Below are positions 24,611 through 37,634 of a stretch of DNA of 48,518 nt, in pieces. The position numbers were made by a program, and so were the translations under genes. The stretch comes from Stegostoma tigrinum (taxonomy: Eukaryota), in contig NC_081388.1 in NCBI RefSeq assembly GCF_030684315.1, forward strand, positions 3,830,481 through 3,878,998. The letters are read 5' to 3'. Numbering within the stretch: position 1 is the first letter of the stretch; every line of letters begins with the position of its first letter. Under the pieces are notes generated by a model that saw only the letters and a program-made list of their open reading frames with translations, was not told the DNA's origin and did not search any database.

Positions 24611-24880
24611 GATCCCAAACAACTCAAGCATCCCTTCCAGCCCCCATCCAGCTCCTTTTATACACACAACCTGACTCCAATCAGACCAGATGCAGCAACA
24701 TTGAACCAGTGAACCAGTGAACCAGCCCCAGTCTCTGCAATCTCCACCAATAACTGAACTCCTGGATTTCTTACCAGGAGGACCTGTTCCATTTGGACCA
24801 ATAGGAATGGCTGGGAGTTGCTGCGCTGTCACCTGACTGCATTCAGCTTCACAAGTTCTCATGGTGATGGCTCCCTGAGT
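24611..24880 (-). promoter_or_regulatory. ZP3 copy C proximal promoter
   Basis: TATAAAA 24656-24662, distal E-box 24830-24835, CCAAT boxes; the proximal E-box is deleted relative to A and B. Confidence 0.75.
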
Positions 24881-25417
24881 ACAATTATCAAATGAGGCTC
24901 ATTGATCCAGGAGGGTGACTGATAGGTCCTACCATCCCTGGCCTTTGGAGTCTGACCGTGAGAACCACAGAGACAATATTCTGAGGATGGGATTGGAAAC
25001 AGGGTTTGGGCAATACAAGGCTTACTTCCTCATATTAGCCTTATGTCGCACCTGTCCCTGGGAATGTCTGATGGACACAATGTAGGGGGTCCTGTTTATC
25101 AACGATGCCCAGGTCTTATGAGTGAATAATTAATAGAAACTGTAGATGTGGTTTGGAAATGGAGACCCTATTCAAAGAGAGTGACTGAGGCAGCTGCAAT
25201 TACAACATTTCAAACATGTTTGGACAGACACGTAATTAGAGAAGGCTGAGAGGGAGGTGGACCAAAGACAGATGGGACTAGTTTAAGTTTTGGAAACCTG
25301 GTAGGTACAGATGAGTCTGACTAAAGTATCTTTTTCTATGAATCTGTAACTCTATTTGCTGTATCTAACCTCCTGCTCTACCAGTCTTGGGAATCTTAGA
25401 TTGAGGCAGTGTACTTG

Positions 25418-25727
25418 ACTAGATTTCCCACAGTGTGGAAACAGGCCCTTCTGCCCAACAAGTCCACACTGCCCCTTGGAGCATCCCACCCAGACCCATC
25501 TCCCTATAACCCACACACCCCTGAACACCATGGGCAATTTAGCCTGGCCGATCCACCTAGCCTGCACATCTTTGGACTGTGGGAGGCAACTGGAGCACCC
25601 GGAGGAAACCCACGCAGACACAGGGAGAATGTGCAAGCTCTGCACAGTCACCTGAGGCTGGAATTGAACCTGAGTCCCTGGCACTGCGAGGCTGCAGTGC
25701 TAACCACTGAGCCACCGTGCCATCCCA
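25418..25727 (-). mobile_element. HE1-type V-SINE
   Basis: Reverse complement of the 15517-15832 element, with A/B boxes and V-domain. Confidence 0.88.
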
Positions 25728-25759
25728 GCCTACTTGCTGCTTCTAACCTACTTGCCATT

Positions 25760-26490
25760 GAAGAATGCATAGAGAGCTTTACTCTGTAGCTAACTCTATG
25801 CTGTAACAGTCCTGCAGATTTTGATAACAGTGTCGAGGTCAATTTTCTTTCAGTTTAAGTGTGGAGGTAACGTTACTGCCAGTTTAAAGGAGTAAATTAA
25901 GCTTTACTCTGATGCTAATAACTCGTGCTATAACTATCCTTTGAATGTTTGAAGGGTATGGTGTAAATGTAGCATGGCTTTCAGTTTATTAGGGTTGAGG
26001 AAGCTTTGGCTTCTATCTTAACACACTGCTGTCCCTCTCCTGGGAATGTTTGTGATGGGGGCAGTGTTGAGGGAGCATTACATTCAGTTTAAAAGGGTAG
26101 AGAGAGATTTACTCTGCATCAAACCCTGTGTTGCTGTTTTCCTGGGTGTGTTTGATCGGGACAGTGGAGAAGGTTTTATTTCTGTTTACTTCAGTTTGGA
26201 AGTATAGAGATAACTTTGCTTTCTATTTGGGAGAGGGGAGGGAGCTGCACCCTGTGCTTGGTCCTTGTTCTAAGCTTTTGATGAGGACCATGTGGAGAGA
26301 GCTTCACTTTCAGTTGAAACAAGTTGAGGAGGTTTTACTTCTGGTTTACATGTGTAGGTAGAACATTCCTTTCAGTTTAAAAGAGTTGAGGGAGCCTCGC
26401 TCTGTCTGTGAGTCTGATCAGTATCTTCCTGTGGCTGTGGTAATGGGGGAGTAACAAGGGCTATGGCCTCCTGTGTGCTGGGATGGAGCT
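25760..26490. repeat. Degenerate tandem repeat (CAGTGTAGAGGGAGCTTTACTCTG...GTGTTTGATGGGGA-like units)
   Basis: Recurrent GAGCTTTACTCTG / TGTTTGA..GGG.CAGTG motifs; also at ~6770-6990, 10130-10400 and 19490-19970. Confidence 0.55.
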
Positions 26491-26599
26491 CAGTGTAAAC
26501 TCGGGGCAAAGCACCTCCCCTTTCATTTTTCAGCTTTTCATGCTCAACACTGAGCTCAACAATTCCAAGACATCTCCTTGGGCCCATTTTTTAAATTTC

Positions 26600-27190
26600 T
26601 CTTTGTAAGTTTTGGTTTCTTCATGTCTTTTCTCTCGAACCCTTGATTCCCTGACTCATTAAAAATCTGTCTGTCTTTCTCAGGTTTGAATCTACTTAAC
26701 AACTCAGCCTGGGCAGCCCTCTGTGGGAAAGAATTCCACAGCGAGAAAGAAATCCTCCTCATCTCTTTCTTAAAAATATGACCTCTTATTTTGAGATGGT
26801 ATCCTCTGGTCCTACACTCTCTCACAACAACTTCTCCACATCTATCCTGTCAAGACCTCTAAGAATCTTGCATGTTTCAATAAGGTCACCTCTCATTCTT
26901 TGAAACAAGCCCAACCTACTCAACCTTCCCACTTAATAAACTCCATCAATAACAGGGATCAACTTCAAATTTAGTCAATCTTCTCTGGTTGGCTTCCACT
27001 GCAGTGTATCTTTCCTTTGATGAGAGGACCCAACCTGTCTCAATATTCCAGTTGTGGTCTGACTGGTGCCTTGTATAGTTTGAGCAATAATTCCCTATTT
27101 TTTAACCCAATTCCCTTTGAAATGAAGACCAACATTCCATTCCTTTCCCCATTACCCCTTAATTCTGGATAGAAGATTCTTGAGATTCCT
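26600..27190 (-). mobile_element. Degenerate CR1-type LINE 3' fragment
   Basis: RTRGYHLKIRG..FKKEMRR..FS..WNS motif (ORF 26556-26825). Confidence 0.7.
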
Positions 27191-27289
27191 GCATTCACTG
27201 CTCAGGCTCTAAAATTATTTAACTCATATGTTAGAGAATGAATGGTGAAGGGGGAAGAATTAAATAATAGGTTAAGACGGAGCCCAGAG

Positions 27290-27790
27290 TCAGCCCAACA
27301 TCTCTGTTCAGGCTTGCTCCAGTGCTCCAGCAAAGCTGAGCACAAGCTGGAAGAACAACATGTCATTTCCCACTACAGGTCCCTGCAGCCTTCTGGACTC
27401 AATACTGAGTTTAATCATTTTAGAGCCTGCGCTCCTTCTCCCATGACCTTACCCCAATCCCACACACAATGTCTTGTCATCACATGGGCTGCTACTTCCA
27501 ACCATCCATTGGCAGCTACTAATAGTCCCCATTAGTAGATATTCATTCTCCCAAGCTGACCTTTACCCATTCCTTCATCTGCTCAACTGCTTTTTCTTCA
27601 GCTCTACCTCTGGTTTACTCCATCTCCTTCCCCCAACCTCCCATTCTCTCCCCAGTTTAGAATATATACAAACCATCCGAGCTGTAAGCAGTTATGAAAA
27701 AGGATCACAAGATCTGAAACATTAACACTGATTTCTCTCCACTGATGCTGCCAGATCTGCTGTGTTTTTTCCAGCAATTTCATTGGGTCC
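27290..27790 (+). mobile_element. Degenerate Penelope-like fragment (GIY-YIG C-terminal region and terminal repeat)
   Basis: KLEEQHVI...SLQPSGLNTEF resembles Penelope endonuclease C-termini. Confidence 0.55.
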
Positions 27791-29159
27791 TACATCTATC
27801 CAGAACATGCTGTTCTAAGAATCTTTGAATTCTTCTTCTGGTCTACCTTTGCCCACCTGACACTTCCAGTTGATGTGTAGCTTTTCTGACAAGCTCTCAT
27901 TATTTCTTCCCTACATACTTCACCTTGCAATGGGAATACTAGTAGGGGGCCTGCACTCCACTCCCAGAAGTGACTCATGTCTTTATCGTTTCTCATCTCT
28001 ACTCCAACCTCATGCCTTGACTCTGTGCCAATTCTATCATTTACTAACAGGGCAACCCCCTCTTCATTTCTGAAATTTCTGTAACTTTCAAGATTCAGGC
28101 GGGTAGTGTCAATCAGATCATATTCATTTCTGCTTGTGCTTTCAGTTCACCTGTTTTGTTCTGAATGCTACATCCATTTCAATTTTATCCATTTTGTAAA
28201 TTCCAGTCACTTCTGTTTACCATGAAGTGGTATGTAGACCAGACCGGGTACAGATGGCAGTTTTCCTTCCCTAAAGGGAACAGGCAGGTTTTTACAATAA
28301 TTAAGGACAGTCACCACTACTGAGACTAGCTTCCACCTCCACATGTGTTAATTATACCAGTTTCCATGAATGGGGTTTGAATCAATATCCGCAGAGCACT
28401 AGTCTGGGTCTTTGGGTTACTAGTTCACCAATACGACCAAAGCAAAACTGTCTTCCTGATAATACAGGGGTGTCCCACCAATGGAATCAGTTTCTCTCTG
28501 TCTTATCCAATTTTTTTTCTCAACCTAATAATAAATCTTTAAAATAATAATTATGTATGAAAAATTTGTAAGTCATAATTCATAGGAAGTGCCGAAAGAT
28601 GGTTAAGCATGCTCAAGAATCCAAATAATTTTTCATCACGGGAATCAGTCCAATTTTTTTGAAAATAATTATTGCAACTGTGATTTGGAGTCTGGATCCT
28701 GGAAAAATTGTGCATTAAAAGACTAGAAAGTGATTCTGGATGGAGTGGGTCAGTTATCGAGCATGCAAGAGGAATAATGAGACGGATGACAGATTGCTGG
28801 CGAATATCATAAAGAAAAGGCAGCAAGTTTGGATTAGTGACATTCTCAGGCTGACGAGGGAGAAGGCCGATGGACGGTTAGAGGGATGTGAGCAAAGATG
28901 AGCAAAGAGAATGGTGACGTTAGACAACTTGACATTTGAAAACTCGAGCTGTGGGGCTGAGACAGGAAAGTGCAGTTGAGGATTATCTGATCAACCATGA
29001 CCTCAATGATGGATGGAGCACACTCAGTGGGCTGAATTGCCTACTTCTTCTGATCTTATGGAAAATGGGTAGTTTGACTGAGCCACTGCAGTGGAATTGA
29101 TCTGTGGAGAAGTGAGCTGAGAACTAAGGAAGGAAATCATGAGCAATATTGCTTTCCCG

Positions 29160-29493
29160 TGATCTCAGCCAGAAATATGGTCTGTCAATCAAATCCCAGC
29201 ACACCGCCTACCTCCACTCCGATTGGTTGTCATGGAAGTATGCCTTGTTTCTATTGCTTCAGACGCTGTCAATCGGGAGGGACTCTGCAACTCTATTGGC
29301 AGAGACTGATGCCCATCAGTGAAGCAGGCTGTGTGCTGATTGGTTGGGTCGTCTGTCAATCATTCGCGTTGACCGGGTGATGTTGTGACCTGCCCGGGGG
29401 TGGAGGTTGGGGAGAGACGGCAGCTCCAGAAATCCAGGCCGAGGCTGGAGTGGGCCCGTGTAGGCCGCGCGGAGCTGCAGCCGTCCGGAGGAG
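29160..29493 (+). promoter_or_regulatory. Candidate promoter and non-coding first exon of an unidentified gene
   Basis: Several ATTGG/TCAATC boxes at 29180-29365, a CpG-rich segment at 29365-29493, and a donor GAG|GTAATG at 29493/29494. Confidence 0.5.
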
Positions 29494-29857
29494 GTAATGG
29501 CTGGAGACGGAGGCAGTAGAATGTTCACACTCCCCATCGCACATTGCCTTCCCTTTCTTATTCCCAGCCCTTCCCCGTCCTCCAGCACACCCATCACCAC
29601 ACACCCCCGCCCTCCCTCTACCCCATCGCCCCTCCAGGTCACCACCTCCCAGTTTGTACCCGCCCCCCCAACCCGACCCCGCGTCTCTGTCTTGGCTTCA
29701 TTCCCCCCCAGCACCGGCCCCCCGCTCTTAGCCACCTCCTCCCCACTGTATTCTCCATCCAGCTCACCCCCAGACCGTATCCCCGTACTCCTTACAGCCA
29801 CCCACCCCCACCCCCTCACCATCCCACACCCCCACCCCCTCACCATCCCACACGTCA

Positions 29858-30990
29858 CCCCCCCCCCGTCCCTCCGCTCTCAGCACCCCCCCCGTCCCTC
29901 CGCTCTCAGCACCCTCCCACCCCCCCCGTCCCTCCGCTCTCAGCACCCTCCCACCCCCCCCGTCCCTCCGCTCTCAGCACCCTCCCACCCCCCCCGTCCC
30001 TCCGCTCTCAGCACCCTCCCACCCCCCCCGTCCCTCCGCTCTCAGCACCCTCCCACCCCCCCCGTCCCTCCGCTCTCAGCACCCTCCCACCCCCCCCGTC
30101 CCTCCGCTCTCAGCACCCTCCCACCCCCCCCCGTCCCTCCGCTCTCAGCACCCTCCCACCCCCCCCCGTCCCTCCGCTCTCAGCACCCTCCCACCCCCCC
30201 CCGTCCCTCCGCTCTCAGCACCCTCCCACCCCCCCCGTCCCTCCGCTCTCAGCACCCTCCCACCCCCCCCCGTCCCTCCGCTCTCAGCACCCTCCCACCC
30301 CCCCCCGTCCCTCCGCTCTCAGCACCCTCCCACCCCCCCCCGTCCCTCCGCTCTCAGCACCCTCCCACCCCCCCCCGTCCCTCCGCTCTCAGCACCCTCC
30401 CACCCCCCCCGTCCCTCCGCTCTCAGCACCCTCCCACCCCCCCCGTCCCTCCGCTCTCAGCACCCTCCCACCCCCCCGTCCCTCCGCTCTCAGCACCCTC
30501 CCACTCCCCCCGTCCCTCCGCTCTCAGCACCCTCCCACTCCCCCCGTCTCTCCATGCTCAGCATGCCACCCCCGTCCCACCGTCCTTCCAGTCTCAGCAA
30601 CCCCCTCCCATCCCACTGTCCCTCCACTCTCAGCAACCCCCCCCATTCCACTGTCCCTCCACTCAGCACCCCCTCCAACCCCCCGTCCCTCCACTCAGCA
30701 CCCCCCCATCCCACCGTCCCTCCAGTCTTAGCAACACCCTCCCAGCCCCCTGTCCTTCCACTCTCAGCACCCCCCATCCCGCTGTCCCTCCATGCTCAGC
30801 ATGCCACTCCGTCCCACCATCCTTCCAGTCTCAGCAACCCCCCCATCCCACCGACCCTCCAGTCTCAGCAACCCCTCCATCCCACCGTCCCTCCAAGTCT
30901 CAGCAACTCCCTCCCATACCGTCCCTCCAGTCTCAGCAACAACAGCCCCCCCCACCGTCCCTCCAGTCTCAACCCCCCCCCCCCCACACA
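29858..30990. repeat. 34-bp C-rich minisatellite (GTCCCTCCGCTCTCAGCACCCTCCCA + C7-9)
   Basis: About 20 near-perfect units to ~30545, then diverged units to ~30990. Confidence 0.95.
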
Positions 30991-31589
30991 CACACTGTCA
31001 TACCCGTTTACTCCCCTCCACCATCCCTGCCATTTCAACCCCCTGTCCCTCCTGTCTTGGCACACCCCACCATGCCTCTCATCTCACTCTCTCAATCCTT
31101 CCCATCTACCCCCCCACCTCACCCTCCCTTTGCCCCACTGCTTGCCTACCCCAGACCTCCTTGTCTTGATCACCATTCCCACCCCATCACTTGCAGCCGT
31201 GTGCAACCCCCTTCCTGCTTCGATCCCCTGTATCCCACACCCCTTCATTGTTTCCCCATCCCACTCCATTGTGTCCTGATGATAACTGCTGTGAAGGCCT
31301 CATGGTTTTTGTCTGAATTGTGCTGCAGTCTGGTAAATTCCAGTCAGGAGTTGCTGAGTCAGCCCTGCAGTTTTGAGCGGTTTTCAGGTGGAACGCTTCT
31401 GCTCATGAAGTGCATTCTGCTGCAGCAGCAGTGTTATATTTTCTTGGCGTATTGGCAGCTGGATGGATGTTTTCTTTTGAAATTCCCCATTCTCCTAATG
31501 CTATCCACGTTAATGTTATGGCATGCTGAACCAGGAGAGAGAGCTTTATTGTAATGGGGATGGGTAGGTGAGTTCAGATTTTGGGGAGG

Positions 31590-31690
31590 TGAGATAACAA
31601 AGTGTGGAGCTGGATGAACACAGCAGGCCAAGCAGCATCTCAGGAGCCCAAAAGCTGACGTTTCGGGCCTCGATCCTTCATCAGAGAGGG
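31590..31690. mobile_element. Penelope-like terminal repeat fragment
   Basis: Near-identical to 32640-32730 and 9789-9881. Confidence 0.65.
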
Positions 31691-31971
31691 TAGGTGAGAG
31701 CCTGAATATGGGCCTTTTGACATGCTGTCAATTAGAATGGTACAGTGCATTGATAGCAACAAAAGGAATGATTGTCAGCTTTTTCCTGTTTGCACAGATT
31801 GTTTTAACATTTCAATCTGTTCGGCCGACTCTAACTTTTTACTTTCTTCTGTCATGGACTGTGGGTGCTGCTGGGAAGATCAGCATCAGTACTCCAGCAA
31901 CACAAACCTGATCTGTCTGTTCCAGCCTCAAGGCTGACAGCAGGCTGCAGTCAGTAGTAAATCAGCCTTCA

Positions 31972-33790
31972 ATAGAACATAGAGCATAGAACAGTACAGC
32001 ACAGTACATGCCCTTCAGCCCATGATGTTGTGTCGAACTTTTACCCAAAATCTAAGGTCTATCTAACCTCCACTGCTACCTTATACTAACATCCATATGC
32101 CTATGTAATAGCCACTTAAAGGCCCCTAATGAAGCTGACTCTACCACCCTCTCCCGGCAATGCATTCCACACCCCTACCACTCTGAGTAAAGAATCTACC
32201 TTCTTTCACTTTAAAACTACGTCTCCTCGTAATAGCTACCCCCACCCTAGGAAAAAGCCTCTGGCTATCTACTCTATTTGTACCTCTGATCATTTGTTCA
32301 CCTCTATCAAGTCACCTCTCATCCTTCGTCGTTCTAAAGAGAAAAGCTCTAGTGCTCTCAACCTTTCCTTGTAAGGCCTCCCTCCGTTCCAGGCAACATC
32401 CTGGTAAATCTCCTCTGCATCTTTTCCAATGCTTCCACATCTTCCCTGTAATGAGGTGACCAGAACTAGACACAATACTGCAGATGTGGCCAAACCAGGC
32501 TTTTGTACAGCTGGAACATAACTTGACAGTTCTAGAACTCAATCCCACTATTACCGAAAGCTAACACACCATACGCCTTCTTAACATCTCTATCCACCTG
32601 GGTTCAGAGATAACGGGAACTGCAGATGCTGGAGAATCCGAGATAACAGTGTGGAGTGGATGAACACAGCAGGCCAAGCAGCATCCTCGGAGCACAAAAG
32701 CTGACGTTTCAGGCCTAGACCCTTCATCAGAAAAGGGGGACCGAAGATGGATAGAGGAGAAGATAGGTGGAGAGGAGAGTATGGGTGGGGAGGTAGGGAG
32801 GAGATAGGTCAGTCCGGGGAGGATGGACAGGCCGAAGGCGGGGGCGGGGGAAGAGGTTAGTAGGTAGGAAATGGAGGTGCGGCTTGAGGTGGGAGGAAGG
32901 GATATCCACCTGGGTGGCAGCTTTCAGGGAACTGTGAACATGAACCCCAAGATCCCTCTGCTCCTCCACGCTGCCAAGAAACTTTCCGTTAACCCTGTAT
33001 TCTGCTTTCAAATTTGTCCTTCCAAAATGAATCACCTCACACTTTTCACTGTTAAACTCCATCTACCACTTCTCAGCTCAGCTCTGCATCCTATCAATGT
33101 CCCTTTGTAACCTAGAACAACCCTCTGCACTGTCCACAACCCGACCCACCTTCGTATCATCCGCGAACTTACTAATCCACCCTTCCACACCTACATCCAA
33201 ATCATTTACAAAAATCACAAATACAAGAGGACCCAGAACAGCTCCTTGTGGTGTACCACTCGTAACTAAACACTATGTTGAATATTTTCCACCACTACCC
33301 TTTGTCTTCTCAAAGTCAGCCAATTCTGAATCCAATCTGCCACATTTTCCCCTATCTTGTGCCTCCTTACCTTCTGCACGAGCCTACCACGGGGAACCTT
33401 ATCAAGCGCCTTACTTAAATCCATGTTTACCGCATCCGCTGCTCTACCTTCGTCCACGCATTTGGTTGCCTCTGCAAAGAATTCAATAAGGTTTGTGAGG
33501 CATGACCTACCCCTCACAAATCCATGCTGACTATCATAAATCAAACTGTGCCTTTCCAACTGATCATAAATCCTGTCTGTCAGAGCCCTTTCCAATAATT
33601 TGCCCACCACTGATGTAACACTAACTGGCCTGCAATTTCCGGGGTTATCCCTATTCCCTTTTTTGTGAACAAGGGAATGACGTTTGCCTCTTTCCAATCT
33701 TCTGGAACTATACTCGTGGGTAGTGAGGACGAAAGATCATCACCAAAGGCCCTGCGATCTCTTCCCTTGCTTCCCATAGAATCCTTGGGT
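31972..33790 (-). mobile_element. CR1 LINE ORF2 (RT) fragment with 3' microsatellite tail
   Basis: GNCRPVSVTSVVGKLLE, QHGFVRGRSCLTNLIEFF, MDLSKALDKV, MEFNSEKCEVIHFG; (TTCTATG)-like tail at ~31972-31992. Confidence 0.9.
32604..32902. mobile_element. Penelope-like insertion nested in the CR1, 13-bp TSD
   Basis: TATCCACCTGGGT at 32591-32603 and 32903-32915. Confidence 0.75.
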
Positions 33791-36700
33791 AGATCTCACC
33801 CTGGGTCTCTCTCTATCTGTCTCTATGCCTTCTAGTCTCTCTGTCTCTCCCGTTTCCTGAATCTCTCACTATCTCTATCTTCTTTTTTCCCCTCTCTCTA
33901 TGTATCTCTTTCTCTGTCACACGCTTTCTCCCGGTAGACAACACTGTTCACTCAGTCACAGAATAGCCAAAATGCAGAAAGAGACTATTCAACCCATCAT
34001 GCCTGCATTAGTTGCCTGTATCAGTTGATACAGGAAATTCACAGGCATTGCCTTTCTGTCTATTGAGGGTGTTTCCATTGTTTGAATGAGGAAACAGGTT
34101 CCTTGGTGCAGAGCTGGAAGACTCACTAGTGTCAACCATGTTGCTGTTACTCTCAAGTCACTTGTTGCCCAAATGGAGTTTTTACAACAGTCATTGATAA
34201 TTTTGTGGTCAGCATCACTGACACTAGTTTTCAATTCCAGATGTATTAATTGAATTTAAATTCCACCAGCTCCTGTGGTGGGATTTGAACCCATGATCCC
34301 CAGCTCATTACTTTGGACCTCTGACCAGATTGTTTCTACCCCAGTGTTTAAGTAACGTAAGTGAGAAAATATTCTTCCAAGGTTGTCTTTATTTGAAATT
34401 TGTTCTTTTGGGCTGCCAGGTTAAGCATGTCACGATTATTTCAAAAAGTGAGAGAGGGAAACCAGGGAATTATAAAATCAGAGTGGGAGCAGGACTGTTG
34501 GTCAATTTGACCATGGTGTCATGGTGACAATTTTCAAGAGTAACTTCAGCTAGTTCCAATGCCATTGTAATATTCAACTTAACAAAGCTACCACCCTCAT
34601 CCTTTCCCAACTTCGACCAGAACACCCTTGTATCTCGAATGTTTAGTACCCAGTCCTGCCCTTTTTTTTTTGATGCTGGTGCCCATTATTGCTGCAGCAC
34701 ATGTTTGAGATGTGGTATTCTTGCGATTCTGTCATGATGAGTGCACATGAAAAAGTTTGGTAGCTCGCCTCTTTACAGCTGCGTCATGTTTTCACATGGC
34801 TACCTGTATCAGCAGCTCTTGAATCTTGTTTAGCACACTCAGTGCTTTCATGCACATAGACAATACCCAAATTTAGATCTTATTGCACTCCCTTTCTTCT
34901 GAATCATTTGGTACTGTACTATTTCTTGCTCTGATGTTATTGATTTTTTCAATTCTTTGAACTTTGATTTTTTTAATTAAATTTATTTGTTGTCACATCT
35001 ACCTTGTTACAAAATACAGTGAAAAGTGTTGTATAGTGTCACCATTTTCCAGCACAGTCTTAAAACACAGGAAGTGAAGCCAAAACATAGACTATAACAG
35101 CAGAAAAATGAGGAAATAAAGTAAGTGTGCAACTTTCCAGTCCTCCTTGGTTAACTCTGGTTCCCATTCTCCTATTAAGTTGTTTTAATCCCTCCCTTGT
35201 GATAACCTGGTAATGAAATTAGCCCTTGTTCAGTTCAGATTCAGACTATCTGCTTGTGCTCCCAGAAAATCAGTCTCAAAGTCCAGGAATCGGCGATCCC
35301 ACCCCCTCCTTCAAAAACATCTCTCCAACCATGCATTCCTCTTTCTGTATTCAAAAGTGCATAGCACTAAAAGTAATCTGGAATCTTTTGAGGTCCTGCA
35401 TCTTAGTTCCTTTTTTAACTTTCTCAAATCTGTAGGATGCCATTCTTCATTCTCACTAAGTTGTTTCTTCCCAGACATTTTCCCACTGTGACTCCATTTT
35501 GGGGCTCACAAATAGTCACAACTCCCCAAGTACAAACTGAGAGCATGGCGTCGGGGGCTGAGAGAGCAGGGACTAGTTGGAACAGAGTACAGCTGCTATA
35601 AATTGTTTAGTGAACTTATAACATTATCACCTCACAAATGGCAACCCCAATTTGTTTCTGGTCCCCCAATTTGCAAAGCTGAAAGCTAAGCCTTTGGTAG
35701 TGTCAAGGACCTTAGTCTCCGACTGTTCTCTTTCCTCCATGTAAGTGCTATGCAACCATCCAGCGACATCCGTGACCCTGGAGTTGCATCTTGCAGCTGC
35801 AGTACTGTAGCTCAAATGAAAATGCCCTGTCCTGCTGTGTGCTGCGGCTAAGTTTCCTGATGGCATTTGAGAATGCAGTATGTGCTGTCAGAAATGGGAA
35901 GCAGGCAGACTTCTACATTGGCACACAGTTACTTGGTGCAGCCTCTAAACTGATGTGTGTGGTGTTTGACAATGTTGCATTGGTGCACCGCGGATGCAAA
36001 AGAGCGCTGAGTCAGCAAAGTGCTTTAACTCAACATCGGCAGGAAGCTCATTCTAGTCGAGGCAGTCACCCTGATAACCGATCAGCAAATTGCATGCTCT
36101 GTGGGGTGAGTCTTTGCATTAATAACATGGGCGTGAGGGTGAATTACTGAACCGCACAGTTCTTGTCTGGTTCTTTCGAATTTGGACAGTTTAAATATAA
36201 ATAACAGGAATATAGCCAAGGTAAAGCCTTCCCTGTAGGGACTGTATCCCATAATGTAAACAACATTTATGTTTGTAAACAGACTCTTCACACGTATCTG
36301 GTACTTCGCGGAGTAGAGGTTATTGGAGATGTAAAGCAAATCTGCAGTACACAGGAGATTGATTAGTGATCAATTAGTTATGTAGCAGAAGCTTTGCTAA
36401 TGAAGGGACCTGGTTAATTTGTAGGTATGAGCTTTTTCAGGTTCTGAATGAGCAGCTTTGTGTGTTATTGTTCACTGGTGAGGTCAAGCTATGGGATGTG
36501 ATAGTCACTTCATATTCTAGAATATTTGTGCTCAGTGTAATAGCTCTGAATTTGCGAAATTTGCGCTAAGCTGCAGGACAAATTCTGCATTGGAAGTGTT
36601 GCGGCATGTTTCCTCACTTCATGCTTCACGTGCAGCTTAAACGCTATGCTTTGTTTCTTGTTTCATCAGGGAGTTCTGAACATTTCATGCACTGAGTGTG

Positions 36701-37634
36701 TTTAAAGAAAACTGTTTCAGCCTATTTTTAAGAGCTGAACATGCCTTGCTCCTTGGAGGGAAGGTTGTCTCGGGTAAGGATGGGCTCCCCAAAGAGTGTG
36801 CCTATGGTCTTTGTGATGTGATTGAATTGTTACTGAATAGCTGGTTGGAACACCTGAGTGGGTATTCAGCTCAGTCATTGTGAGACTGGAGTCACATGTA
36901 ATTCAGGCCAGACAGTAGCGATTGGATTTCGTTTCCTGCAGGAATATTGACAAACCAGTTGGATCTGTTGTGGCAACTTTGTATTAACAATCTTTCTGAA
37001 GCCAAACCCAAAATCTGTCAGATTCATATGTTGGGGCTGAAACGCAATCTCACAGGCAAGTGATCTTCAGTCAAAAATCAGGCTATTGTCGGTGCTGTGT
37101 GTTGCTATTGAAAATGTGCAGCCTGTAAAGTTGGATGACAGTATTCCTTTTCGAATGGTGAAGGTTTCCACCATAATAGGGACGTCTGTGTGAAGCATTG
37201 CCTGCTGTGGTTCAGGGACATTTTTTCATTTATTCATTTTGTGGGATGTGGGCATCGCTCGCTTGGCCAGCATTTAATTCCTGTCCCCAGTTGCCCCTTG
37301 AGAAGGTGATAGTAAGCTGCCGCCTTGAACTGCTACAATCCACCTGCTGTGGGTTGACCCACGATGCTATTATGGAGGGATTTTGACCCAGTGAAAATGA
37401 AGGAATGGTGATAAATTTCCAAGTCAGGACGGGGAGAGGTTTGGAGGGGAACTTGAAAGTGGTGGTGTTACCATATGTCTGCTGCCCTTGCCATTCTAGA
37501 TGGAAATGGTCGTGGGTTTGGAAAGTGCTGTCTGATGATCTACTCTGGCGTGACCATCTTTGCTACATTCATTTCAGAGGGAGTCAGTAACTGAGAAGGT
37601 GCATGATTTGCTGGCTTCTGTTCGCCCTACAGAG

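Noticed and set aside
29868-30545. CRISPR-like array
   Set aside because: No unique spacers and a eukaryotic context.
29497-31554. 685-aa and overlapping Pro-rich ORFs
   Set aside because: They come from the C-rich minisatellite, which lacks stop codons in several frames.
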